From positions 2,480,001-2,544,000 of the forward strand of contig OZ116698.1 of assembly GCA_964199315.1 (NCBI GenBank): a stretch of DNA of 64,000 bases, in the 5' to 3' direction. The notes under the pieces were generated by a model, which worked only from the letters and a program-made list of their open reading frames with translations, was not told the DNA's origin and searched no databases. The DNA comes from Orbicella franksi. Taxonomy: Eukaryota. Numbering within the stretch: position 1 is the first letter of the stretch; every line of letters starts with the position of its first letter. This document shows, in pieces, positions 11,422 to 23,064 of the stretch. The translations under genes were made by a program, and so were the position numbers.

Positions 11422-14339
11422 ATGGCTCATCATTCTACGTCAACCAGTATGCATGTGAATCCAGTAGCTCAAAGTTATAAACAGAAGGCTGAAGGGGAGG
11501 ACAAACGGCTCATTGAACCTGGTGAGTTCAACAAAACATGTCGGCCTCCGACACTAATCGATGTTTGATCGCACCCAGCCGCGATCGAGTAAATTTCACC
11601 TTCCTTCTTTAGGATAATACTTTTCGTTTTACAGGTAGATAGAATAATTAGGAAAATCAGAACTACATGTAGTTATAGTAAATAGAATAACGTTAGATTG
11701 TATGTAAAATTTTGAGCTAATAAGGTAATATTTAACTTTGAAATTAAGCTCAGTTGCTTCCTGGAAAGTATAAACATGCGATCGATCAGGCTTTCGTTTT
11801 CATTATTGGCTGCCATTTGTTCTTTGGTCCTAGGTTTAATTAGAGCTGAAGTGCTTTTCCTAAGACGTCTGATTTATAGAACAGCGCAATTTTGTTTGGG
11901 AGGCCATTTCAAGAGTTTTCGAGACAAACTTAAATATTTTGGGGAGTTAGTTCAGTGCATTTCTAACAACTAGATTGTGATCTCAAGTTTTCTATCAGGC
12001 ATACAAATCAAGAGCTTTTAATCTAATAGTTTTGATAGCGTAAATCCACAGGTCACTCGAAGCAAATTATCTGAACCCTCCTAACAGAGACACTTCAAAA
12101 GCTGCCAAAGGTTGGAATATACTGTACTTCCCATCTGTTCTCCATGTAATGAGTTATCAAGGTCCCAGTCCCTCTCTAAAGATCTCAAGCAATATCTTGG
12201 GTTTTTTACAGGTTTATAGTAGAATTATAAGTTATGTTACTCGGCAAGTGGATCATGTATACTGAAGGCATCCATGCTCTAGTGTTGATCAATACCCCCG
12301 CTTGACCCTTGATTGGCATCTAGGATAGGCCTTGGTGGATTGTGCTCCTAAAAGTGGCATATTGTGCTACTAGCAGTGCTCAAAATTTTGCTAAATCATG
12401 CCAAAATTATGCCAGAATTCCTAAATTATGCTCCTGATTTCCGAAATTACGCTCACAAAATGACGTATATTCTGTACATATAGGCGCGCAATAACGACAC
12501 CAAATTATGATGTTTTTCAAATAAACTGTTGTTGTAAATTTGTTTGTGGTTTATGGCAGTTTGTCTCGGCCTTCAGCTGTCCAAATTAGTTGATTGCATC
12601 TCTGAACTGTTTGAAAATGCCTTCAACGACTTAACAATCACACTTGTATATACTGACTGAACCAAAAGAATATAGTACTCTCTTGATTTAAACTAACTCA
12701 AACTATAGCAAACTATAACATTGAAAGTATCAAGCCACAAAGTAAATCAACTTGTCTTGACAGTTCTGAGTTCTTTCAGCACCAATAATTGCTTGAATAA
12801 ACATGGATAAGAATAGTATACACAAGTCAACATCAGCGCTTATTGTACTGCAACATTACGCTGGTCTGGAGATAGTCTGCAAGAGCACTCTCCTGCTGAT
12901 CGCTAAATTTGTCAGAATTCGCCAAAAGAGGCCTAGTAACTAAGCATGTCAGAACAAAGTCAATACGTCAAAGTCAATTAGCGTAGCAAGAACATACTAC
13001 CTAAATGTAATTTATTTATGCAGAAAGTACAGCATATTTACTAAATTTTATGAATTTATGCTCCAAAAAGTGCTAAAAGTTGCTAATTATGCTGTGGCAG
13101 TGCTCGTTTGAGAAATTATGATTTTTGCCCCAATTATGTCAAAAATTACGCTAGCACAATCCGCCGAGGCCTATTGGCATCTCGATTGACACAAAATCAT
13201 CATCCTGACCGATACTCCCTCAACACTCAATCAACACTCAATGAACATCTCATATGACACCCGTTTGACACTCAATCAACATATGGTTGATATTTGGTCG
13301 AGTATCAATGGATTCCTATGCAGCGATCAAAAATTAGTTGACTCTTGACCAACTGTGTCAAGCTGTGAGGTGTCAATGGAGTGTTGATCAAGTATCAATT
13401 GAGTGGTGATTCCTATTATTTGGCCTGCACCAGTCTCCTCACTATTTTTTGATTACCTTGCATTAATGGTTCATATGAACTTGGCCAGTTAAGCCTTAGT
13501 TTACAAATACAAAGCCAATCAGAATGCAGTCTAGCTCAGGTGAGATGAATGTAATAATGTGAAATGAAAAAAACCAGCTGGGGTGAAAATAAAAAATTGC
13601 ATTGTGGGAAATTGTCATGTATTTCCTTTGTAACAGTCTATAAGAGTTTGACTATATTTCTTCATTTTTGACAATGGTTAATGACATGAAGGTATGAATC
13701 TAGAACAACGAGACATGGCCAGCTTCTATGTCAGCAATGTTTGCACTCAGTTCACAGATCACCAAATTAGGGCTGTCCTGAACTAATTAAGTCAGACATC
13801 ATCCAAAGGTTAACAGGCTTTCATGTGTTTCGGCAAAAGCAAAAGCAAAAGCTCAGGTGCATTAGAGACAAGTCAGTGAGCAAAGAGAGCCGGTGAAGGG
13901 CCTGGCCTGGCATCGGCTTGCTTCATATAAATAATCAATCTTTATTTGCACTCACTCTTGCAAAAGAAAAAATTACAATTTCAATGAAAATATTAACCAT
14001 AGGGACTAGCAGAGCCAGACAGCCAGTTCACTCGCCAACTTGTCTGTCACAGCTTCATCTTTGCTTGTGCTGTGGCATACTAGAGCCTGCTTGCAAGCTA
14101 ATCAGGATTTTTCAATAGTTAACAGTTTTCGTGCGACTGCAGAATTGACTGCAACAACCAACTACCATTTAACTGAAGACTAACCCAAGCAAGCAATAGT
14201 CAACAATGTTGATACAACAATGTCTCTTTAAGTAACATGTACAGTATAAACAATATACTATTATTATTATTATTGTTATTATTAATACCTATATTCCCAC
14301 TTCTCTTGTCGTTTTCAGTTGACAAAGAAGTCGATCTCA
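11422..14339 (+). CDS. STOM: Alternative N-terminal exons of stomatin 1: first exon 11422-11521 (MAHHSTSTSMHVNPVAQSYKQKAEGEDKRLIEP) and 21-nt microexon 14319-14339 (VDKEVDL)
   Basis: Donor CCTG|gtgagt is phase 1. The microexon has a strong pyrimidine tract (ttctcttgtcgttttcag) and donor A|gtcagt, phase 1 to phase 1. Both splice in frame to exon 18625, giving a ~312-aa isoform. Confidence 0.55.
12326..13173. mobile_element. Non-autonomous DNA transposon (MITE)
   Basis: TIRs taggccttggtggattgtgct / agcacaatccgccgaggccta; no ORF. Confidence 0.7.
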
Positions 14340-16019
14340 GTCAGTGAATGGAAAAATAAAAGAAATGTCTTTCTTTTTAATTCTTTTTCATGTTTTGTTT
14401 ATTTTATTTAAATTTTTGATTTTGTTTCAACCACTGTTGGCCCATGCGCAGCCTTTGTTCCCAGAGTATTCCAGTATTCAAATTGTTAACGTAAATTTTA
14501 TGACGTAATTCTATAACGTAATCATGAATACAGTGAAAATTCAAATGTACAACCATCAAACATTTGGAACTGAAGATGACATAGGAATATCGAAACATGT
14601 TTTGTAAAATGGAAATGTTGTTTCCTTTTTAAAAAATTGCTGTTAGTATGCTGTTTTTACAAACCTTAGAAATGTATGAATGCTATTTTTTAGATACTGT
14701 AAGTATTAGTTTCCCCTATTCCCTGCAGCAATCAAGAGAAAACAACTTTTCACTGGTAAATAGAGTACTGGCTGCTGCACACGATTAGCTGCTGCACACA
14801 ATTAAAGCATGAGACCCACTTTATTAATGTTAGCATCGAACGGATTGCTACATATTGAGCCACAATAAGCTATGAACTGACATGCCTGCTTTCCGTCTGG
14901 AAATACCCTTTAAATAGAGGAAACCTGATCCCTCCCAAATGCAGAGTCAGGCACTAAAGACCTTGAGGGAGAAAGGCCACTACACTAAATTAAGACAAAA
15001 TCCGATAGAAAATCGAGCAATTTCAGGTTTTAGTGGACAAAAATCTGGTACCAGAATAATTTTAAGTATTTTACAGTTATTTTTACATTTTCTGAAAGCT
15101 AAATACATAAATAATTGCCTGAAATAACTCCAAAAACAATTTCCCATGGGAATTAGGGAAAATTAATTTCAAATTTCAGTGAACTTGTGCAAACATATGC
15201 CAAATTTCATCATCAGTTTCATTTCACCGGTACTTTCAAGTGTTTCATATGAAGTTCAACATTCATTTTCGACGTTTGGTGTTGCTAGAAATGATTTTTT
15301 TTTCAGACGATATTTAAAACAGTCGCAGAGAAGTTTGCAATACAATGTAAATGATGTTGGTACCAAGTTTTTGTCCACTAGTTACTCGAACTTCTGGTGG
15401 ATTCCCCCTTAACTTGTTACATACAGAACAAGTAAACAAAATATAGTCAAAAGCGCAGTTAGGCAGCAACACCAGTCTAGAATGACTCTCCTCAGTAAAA
15501 TCCCACCGATACATGATCTCTATTCAGATGATCCTATGGCCATGAAATGATCCTATGAACCATGAAAAGGTACATTTCTTGCTATTCGTTGAATCGCAGC
15601 AAATAACAAATAGTTTCAGGCTACGAACTATCATTGACTCAGAAACAGTCTTCCATCTGATTAATAATTATTATCGATACACTCCTCCACAAAATTTAAG
15701 CCCACCAGCTCTGACCACATTTATTTGTTGTAATTTTATTCCACTTTATTTGAGCTTTCCATATTTATTTTTGTCTTTATATTGTATATTTGATATTGCA
15801 CTCATGTTAATGGGTGATTTTGCAAGAATCCAATGTTATTAAATGTACACACGGTGTGATAATCATGGCACGTTTATTGCCGCCGAGTGTTTGGTGTTTT
15901 AAAAGCTTCTGTTATGTATTTGATGTATTGCGAGTGTTCCGACAAATGCTTATAAATAACTGATAAATTAGAGTAATTACTTGCAAAAAGAAGGAGGCTG
16001 TAAGCAGGTGTAGTTTGGA

Positions 16020-16029
16020 GTCACGTGAC
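16020..16029. promoter_or_regulatory. GTCACGTGAC palindrome (CLEAR/extended E-box) 45 bp upstream of the proximal stomatin 1 ATG
   Basis: Exact match to the 10-bp CLEAR consensus; function is inferred. Confidence 0.4.
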
Positions 16030-16074
16030 ATTTGTTTTTCCGGAGAAAGCTACCGCTAAAGTCGCTTATCCTTC

Positions 16075-19000
16075 ATGGAGTTAAATCAGAAGGAAAACGC
16101 TACATTTTCTGAACCAAGTAAGTAATCACATCAACTGTATTTAAAGTCTTGCCTTTTACTTCATTTAGTGAAGTAGACACGGGGACAAAAATAATAAAAG
16201 CTTCGGCAACTGAAGCTCGTGCAAGAGAATTTTCTTGGTCGAGGGAATTGGGAAATTTTCAACATTAACGTTAACTATACTTTATTTTTTATATTCTGCG
16301 AATTCTGTCGTCAAAGTATTCGCTGACCTGACAGTTAGGCAGTGAAGCGTGTTTAATATCATGAGCGTTTTTGTTTTGAAAACAGACACCACCCGGCCGG
16401 CCGTCCGTCTGATCGCTATCCTTCTCTTTGTCGACTTTTTGTGCAACGTTCAATATTTTTTTCATGTTAAGGTTCGAACAAATAAAATGCTAAAAAGCAC
16501 ACAAATTTAACATTTTTTCGCGACATATTTTTCTGTTTTGAATGCTGTATGTAAATTACATGAAATCGTCGGAAGTTGCATGGCGCATATGATTTATTTA
16601 TTTTCTTTTTAGCCTCCTTGCGCATTCACGCTTCTCACCCTTTTGAATTGTTTATGAACGCTATTGTCAAAAAAAAGTGATTCGGTGGAAACCTTGGAGA
16701 CATCGTAATTTTTATAAAGATGTAACTGTGGGTGTTCAAATGCAAATAATAATTGTGTATTGCTTAAGTACATTATTAGCTAGGTACAGCTCTTAATGCT
16801 TTAAGGTTTTCGACAAGCCGTAACATTCATTCGACATTTTTTCGCTTCAGTGTTTAGGTAAGTCGGTCGAAATCTTTAAACTCTCTGTTTTTCTGCGAAT
16901 ATTAGCTTATTTCTTAGTCGCCGAAGGAATTAATTTTAATTTAGTCCTTTAAGTCGCGTACTGATGGCAATGTGGTGTCTGAAGATAGTAACAAATAAAG
17001 TGAATGATGAAAGACTTCTGCTTGGTTTTATAATAATACAATTACAGATCGCAAGGAAAATCTTGGAATGGGGTTATGCCTTATGAAAAGTGGCCACCAG
17101 TGGCCCAAAAAAATTATGTAAACTACTATGGCAGGTGTTAAGAAAGCATTTAAAAATGAAATCTATTAACCACCTTCTTGCATCAGTGCAGCACAAGTAA
17201 AGTTAGCCAGGATGCAGATGTGTTTTCACCAGCAATGAGTGATTAATAATGGTAATAGGACTGAGTGGAGTCCAATTCGGTCTGTAATCATACAAGTGAT
17301 GAACAAACTTGGACGACCGCGAAGCGAGAGCCTGATTTGTTAATCACGAGTATGATTACAGACTAAATTGGACAACACGATGTCCTGTTACCAATTAATC
17401 AAAACTATGACAAAATTCGAGAAACGAACAAACCATCGATTGAGCGCTGAACGATTAAACGTCGTTATAAATGCTGAAAAACACAGCAGTTTACTCAACA
17501 AAGTGCACCGTAACAGTGCACGCAAAATGACGTGTACTGTCCAATTACAAGCATGACACGTATATACTGTTCAATTAATGCTCAAATTAGGCTGCTGATA
17601 GCCAATCACATTCGAGAATTTTGTTATAGTTTTGATTAATACTATTATTATACATTGAACTCACTATCTCTTTTCTGATTGGCCGAAAATGTACAGTGAA
17701 TTTTCGAAATCAGCGTCTGTGACATCATTTCTGCAGATTATATAATAATCACATATCAAGGGCATTCAAGGTCACGGGTAATCATGTCAAGTTTGCGTGC
17801 TTTGTGTTGCTTGCCGTCAGTGAAGAAGCATTCGCTGTATAATAAAACAATCATTAGATTCGGTTTTTGTGATATCCAGAATAATCAAGGTCTCGGTAAG
17901 GGTTTTCAGCCTCAGCCTTCGGCTTCGGTTGATAACCCCTACCTCGACCTTGATTATTCTGGATATCACAAAAACCTCATCCAATAATTGTTTATAAATC
18001 TCTCACTGCCAATATAATTATTGCCCAGCCACGGTTGCACAATGATGGTTCTGAAACTTTTGAATTTGCATTTGCATGGAAGTGAAACATTCACCCGGGG
18101 GGGTTACTCCCAGAAAAATTGAGTGGGGGTGTGTGGCCTGCTTCCCAAAACCCTTACCCTATTTATGACCAAAATTTGCGATATTCCCTAGCCTATTTAT
18201 GACCTGACCAAAAATTGGAAACCCTATTTATGACCTGACCCTTAAATCAAATTCCTTTTTCAGACCTACGTTATAATTAGTTCCCTAGTTCAGACCAATG
18301 TTAAATTACCGTAAACATAATTTGTAAAGGTCTTTTTTTAATTTTCTTTTCAATAATGATGAAAAAGTGGCTTCTTGTTAAAAACATACCCATATCTAGG
18401 CTAGAGTGCAAAATCCATACCCTATTTATGACCAAAATGGCCAAAATCAGCTAAAATCGATACCCTATTTATGACCAAAATGGCTGAAAAACCATACCCT
18501 TTGGGGCCACACATACTCACATAGCCCATATGAGGGAGTAACCCCCCTCCCCAGGAACATTCAGTGGGCAAGCAAATAGGATTTGGGGACACTGTTTGAC
18601 ATCATTATGTGTTGTCTGTTTCAGGTGGAGGGAGTGATGAGAATGGTAATACTTGCTTGCATGACTTGTAATTTATTATACATGTCTGACCATGCAATGG
18701 TAACCTTTTCTGATGTACAACTGTAGTTAATTAGAAACAGGAAAAGTTTATGTAGACAGGAAAGATTAGTAAATAATTATTAAAACACTAGCCCTGAAAA
18801 TAGATTTAGTTTAGCCTTGTAGCAATTTGCAGTTGCTTACTGTAAGTATTTTTTTTTTTTTTTGACAGCTGGTACCTTTGAGAGCCGTGGTGTGTGTGAC
18901 TATGTGCTGACATTTTTCTCATTTTTGGTTTTTCTCTGTACACTGCCTTTATCTCTGTGTTTCTGCATAAAGGTAAGGAAAGGTTGTGCAAAACATGTGA

Positions 19001-22000
19001 AATGATATTTGTAATTTTAAATGCAATTGTATATTAAGCCCTAAAATAGATTTTGGGACTTTAACAGGATTCAGACGCATTACCTTTGTGCTATGCTAAC
19101 GTAGAGGCTATGGGTGTATGCTATGTTGAAGCCCTGAATTTTTTTAGGCGGAAGGGGGGGGGGGGAGTTATATGCAATCACTAAAAAATAAAACAATTGT
19201 GATTACTACTGCAATGGTCACATCTTCATTCCATTTGCATTTCTGCAGTTCACATCATTCATTAGATAAAATTGTACAAATTCGAATAATTTATAAATAA
19301 GTGTCTCTAGAGAATAGATTTTTCTTATTTACGAATAAATTTTAGGAGTTTTATAAATATATTTACTTTTTATTATTTTTTATGGCCTGGCAGGGATATA
19401 AAACCAGGAGTAGGTATAAATATCTTAGCAGTTCATACTTTATTTGGCGTGGAAGTGCTGTACCTTAGATTGTTTCCTCTAAATGTGATTTTAAAAAATA
19501 ACAGATTGTTCAGGAGTATGAGAGAGCAGTGATCTTCCGTCTTGGCCGGTTGTTACCTGGGGGAGCAAAAGGACCAGGTAAAATATCAGCATGGTGCTAA
19601 ATACAATCAACCTGATTATCTACTCTCAAGTTATCCCTATTTTGTTAGAAATTTGTAGAAGAAAATTTTACAGACTGTAATTCTAGGTGTATAAGAAATA
19701 GCATGCAATGATTCTACCAGATGTAACTAACAGCATCTGGTCTGGTCTTTTTTTTCCCTATGCAAGCACTTTTTTAGTTCAGCATCATGTCACAGCGACT
19801 TGTCACCTGGTTTACATGTGTCCCAACCTTAAATTATTTTTTCTCAAAAAGCCCTTTCAAGAAATCCACTTCCTTGATGTTGGAAAAGAAGTTCTTCTAA
19901 TGGTAAAATGGGCCTTGCCGCTTTTTGTTTAAGAGTATATGTCCCCACAAGCAACAGATAGATCATTTTGTGACCTTTACAGCACTTGATGAACCTTGAA
20001 TGTGTACGTCTTCGGCACCTTATGGTAAAGATTGCTCTATCTATCAACGTTTGATAAGGCTTATAGTTTGTTTTTAGAACAAAAATCTACACACAGTCGA
20101 ACCTGTATATAACGGTCCTGTATTAAGTGGCCACCTTCTATTACACGGCCAGTTTTTAAAGTCCCGATTTTTTGCTCATACAAATGCTGTATTAGAAGCC
20201 AGCTCTATTAAGTGGCCGTGACCACCCTGTAGCAGTCCTATGTTTGCTTGTTTTTGTTATTTTTTTACCTGTGTTAAGCGGCTACCCTGAACGTAGCAAC
20301 TATGAAATTGAACATAACAACTATGAAATGATGGAATGAGATATTTTGTTGTGAACTGAAAGTCATAGAAATATAGTACTGTATACGGTGGGGGAGTAGA
20401 GAACAATTTATTGCACAGTACTTTTACGTAATGTTACATATTTTGGCACTGAACCTTGTTTAAAGTACTGATCCCCTGAAAAAGTATTGATTGTCCTATT
20501 GTTAACTTGCATAAAGTGTTTTTGTATGATACGCCATTTAAATTGACATTAGACCAGTCTGAGTGAGTATTTTTAGTGATCCTGTATTAAGCAGCCATCT
20601 GTATTAAGCTGTCAGTTCCTCAACTCCCGATGGTGGCCGTTATATACAGGTCCCACTGTAGTACATTCTGATTTAATTTATATTTGATAACCAATTAAAA
20701 ATGGCTAACTTCAAGTGTTGTTTTTCTTTAGGGATGTTTTTCATTTTGCCCTGTATTGACTCCTATCAGAAAGTAGATTTGAGAGTGGTATCATTTGATG
20801 TACCACCACAAGAGGTACAATTTACAAGCTTGTTATGTATAGCCAGAAAAAGATTCAGGACAAAATAATGACCGAGGCAATGGTCGTGAAAATATTATGA
20901 CTAAGGCAATGTCCATGGTTAAATTCTCCTCGTACAGTGGGCGACAAAAGTAGTTGAGACACTTAGAAAATGACGCTTTTTGAGATTTAAGCACTTACTC
21001 TATTTTATTTACATCTAGTGTTAATTCTCTGATATCTCCAGCCCCCCAATTCAATGTTGTGTTGGCACTGTGGTTGTGTAGTCTAAGAAATAGAAAAATC
21101 AACATTGTTCGGAGGGGGAAGGGGGGAAATGTTTCCAAGATGCTCGAAAATTGAATTTTACTGCCAAGTGTCTCAACACGTTTATCGCCCATTGTATGTA
21201 TTTACATGTAAGATGTTAATGATGACTATAAACAAACAGAAAAAAATGACTGAGGCAAGTGCCTCAGTTTGCCTGTTACTAGCTACAGCCCTGACTATGA
21301 CTACTGGAGAGATTACAGATTGGCATGTTGCATTTAACCTACTATGAAACAAAAGTAAAACTATTAAACTAAATTGTTTTAATAAGAGAAAACTGAAGGT
21401 CCGCCATTATTTGACCACATGAGATACAAGCAAAAGCTGCATATACCAAAGGGAGTATACTTGGTAGTTTATGTAATCCCAAGTTGTAATTAGGAAAGTT
21501 AAATACAAATGAAAACTGCAGTTGATCTTTCTTCTTCTTCTCAAATTTAGAGAGGAAATTAAATGATAGGCCTGATAAATTAGACTATGAGCTCAAGTTT
21601 TCTTTGTAGTAATAGTCAACAAGGTGAACCGAAGTTGACTATCACTCATAGAAAACAAAGAAGAGTACTCTACGTACTGTTTTGGTCAACACTTTAAAGG
21701 ACTACAGAGCAAACCTTACAATTATTTTTGTTTGTTTTTAAGCCCCAAATTAAGAATAATGTTCAGTTTCAAGAGCAGTGTGTGTGCCATCGTTGTCTAT
21801 CACAAATAGAACATAACAAGAGAACCACTCAGATTCACAGATTTCCAATAGAACACAGCTGAGTGGCTACCAAATAGTGTTATAGCTTTCCAACCTTTTG
21901 GCAGTCACTTACATGTGACCCGAACTGGAGAGTGAAATAAGTGAGTAAGAGCCTGGTCCTAATTTTTCTCAGGTGTTGACAAAGGACAGCGTGACAGTTG

Positions 22001-23001
22001 CAGTAGATGCTGTGGTGTATTTCAGAATATACAATGCCACTATGTCAATCACTAATGTAGAGAATGCCAATCGTTCCACACGTCTGCTGGCCCAGACCAC
22101 ATTGCGAAATGTGCTGGGAACCAAGAACTTGAGTGAGATCTTGGGTGAAAGAGAAAGCATCAGTGATACTATGCAGGTAAATACTACTGCTATTTAATTA
22201 GTTAAAAGAACAATACATTACATGTATTTCATCTTTGAGTGATAGTATTCTTTGGTATTGGTAGAAAGGCCTAACATACTTTATTTGTGTTCAATTTCAA
22301 ACAGACCTCTCTGGATGAGGCCACTGATCCCTGGGGTGTCAAAGTGGAGCGTGTCGAAGTGTATGTACATCATGTTTCATTTTTAGGTTCTACTGACATT
22401 ATTTTGTCATTAATTTGGTTTACCTAAAACAAGCTTGTGCACCAGCTTGTTTTACTATTTCCAGTCAAGTTGTTACGCAAAGTGTCTTGGCTGGTCCTGT
22501 CCTGGTCACAGGCAAATTACTGCAAGTTTCTGTTTCCAATTCCCAGGATTTTCTATTTTTTCAATTGTGCATTGTTTGCTTGATATGTACAGGAAGGATG
22601 TGCGTCTTCCTCAACAGCTCCAGAGAGCCATGGCAGCTGAAGCTGAAGCCTCTCGTGAAGCTCGTGCTAAGGTATAACTAATAGGTTTTTCTCTACAGTG
22701 TTGTTGAGTGGTTGGTAAACAATCCTCTCATTAAAAACATAGTATTTAATTTTTATCTTCAGCTGAATTTCAGCTCAATGTCAAAACTTTACTGTCATTT
22801 TAGGTCATTGCTGCTGAGGGTGAGATGAATGCCTCTCGTGCACTGAAGGAAGCTGCTGAGATCATTTCTGAGTCTCCTTCTGCTCTCCAGCTGCGATACC
22901 TTCAGACCCTGACAACCATCTCTGCTGAGAAGAATTCCACTATCATTTTCCCACTTCCTGTCAACTTTTTGTCCAGACTTCTTCCAAGTGAGAACAAATG
23001 A
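16075..23001 (+). CDS. STOM: Stomatin (band 7/SPFH family, mec-2-like) paralogue 1, 286 aa
   Basis: Exons 16075-16117, 18625-18645, 18869-18972, 19505-19577, 20732-20814, 21973-22176, 22305-22360, 22593-22671, 22804-23001. Translates to the hydrophobic hairpin (CTLP), [51 protein letters not shown] and STIIFPLP. The symbol denotes family, not proven orthology. Confidence 0.95.
17251..17995. repeat. Two adjacent dispersed repeats, each with a long internal palindrome (17251-17392 and 17863-17975)
   Basis: The first has imperfect arms of ~58 bp. The second has perfect 30-bp arms gtttttgtgatatccagaataatcaaggtc / gaccttgattattctggatatcacaaaaac. Confidence 0.7.
18087..18548. mobile_element. MITE with internal accctatttatgacc subrepeats
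   Basis: TIRs ggggggttactccc / gggagtaacccccc. Confidence 0.65.
20094..20658. mobile_element. Tc1/mariner-like MITE
   Basis: TIRs cagtcgaacctgtatataacgg / ccgttatatacaggtcccactg, with TA on the right flank. Related to 54498-54973 and 63028-63996. Confidence 0.6.
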
Positions 23002-23064
23002 CTAGATGAACAGAAGAAAGACATAGCCACTGAGTCACCTTTGACTGAAGTTAGTGTTCTTTGA
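23002..23064 (+). other. Predicted stop-codon readthrough extension of stomatin 1: (X)LDEQKKDIATESPLTEVSVL*
   Basis: TGA-CTAG context. Twenty open codons whose last 11 match the paralogue 3 extension at 10 of 11 residues. Confidence 0.8.

Noticed and set aside
16851-16857. 7-nt microexon (cag|TGTTTAG|gtaagt)
   Set aside because: Good splice signals, but inclusion shifts the frame and hits a stop in the next exon; unsupported without reads.
22989-23005. Reaching the tail by splicing from CCAA|GTGAGA to the AG of CTAG
   Set aside because: The intron would be 18 nt, with no pyrimidine tract, and the donor is not shared by paralogue 3.
23002-23064. SVL as a peroxisomal PTS1, or the UGA as selenocysteine
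   Set aside because: PTS1 needs a basic residue at -1 (S-K/R/H-L) and here it is Val. No SECIS was recognised, and paralogue 2 has TAA in the same CTAG context.
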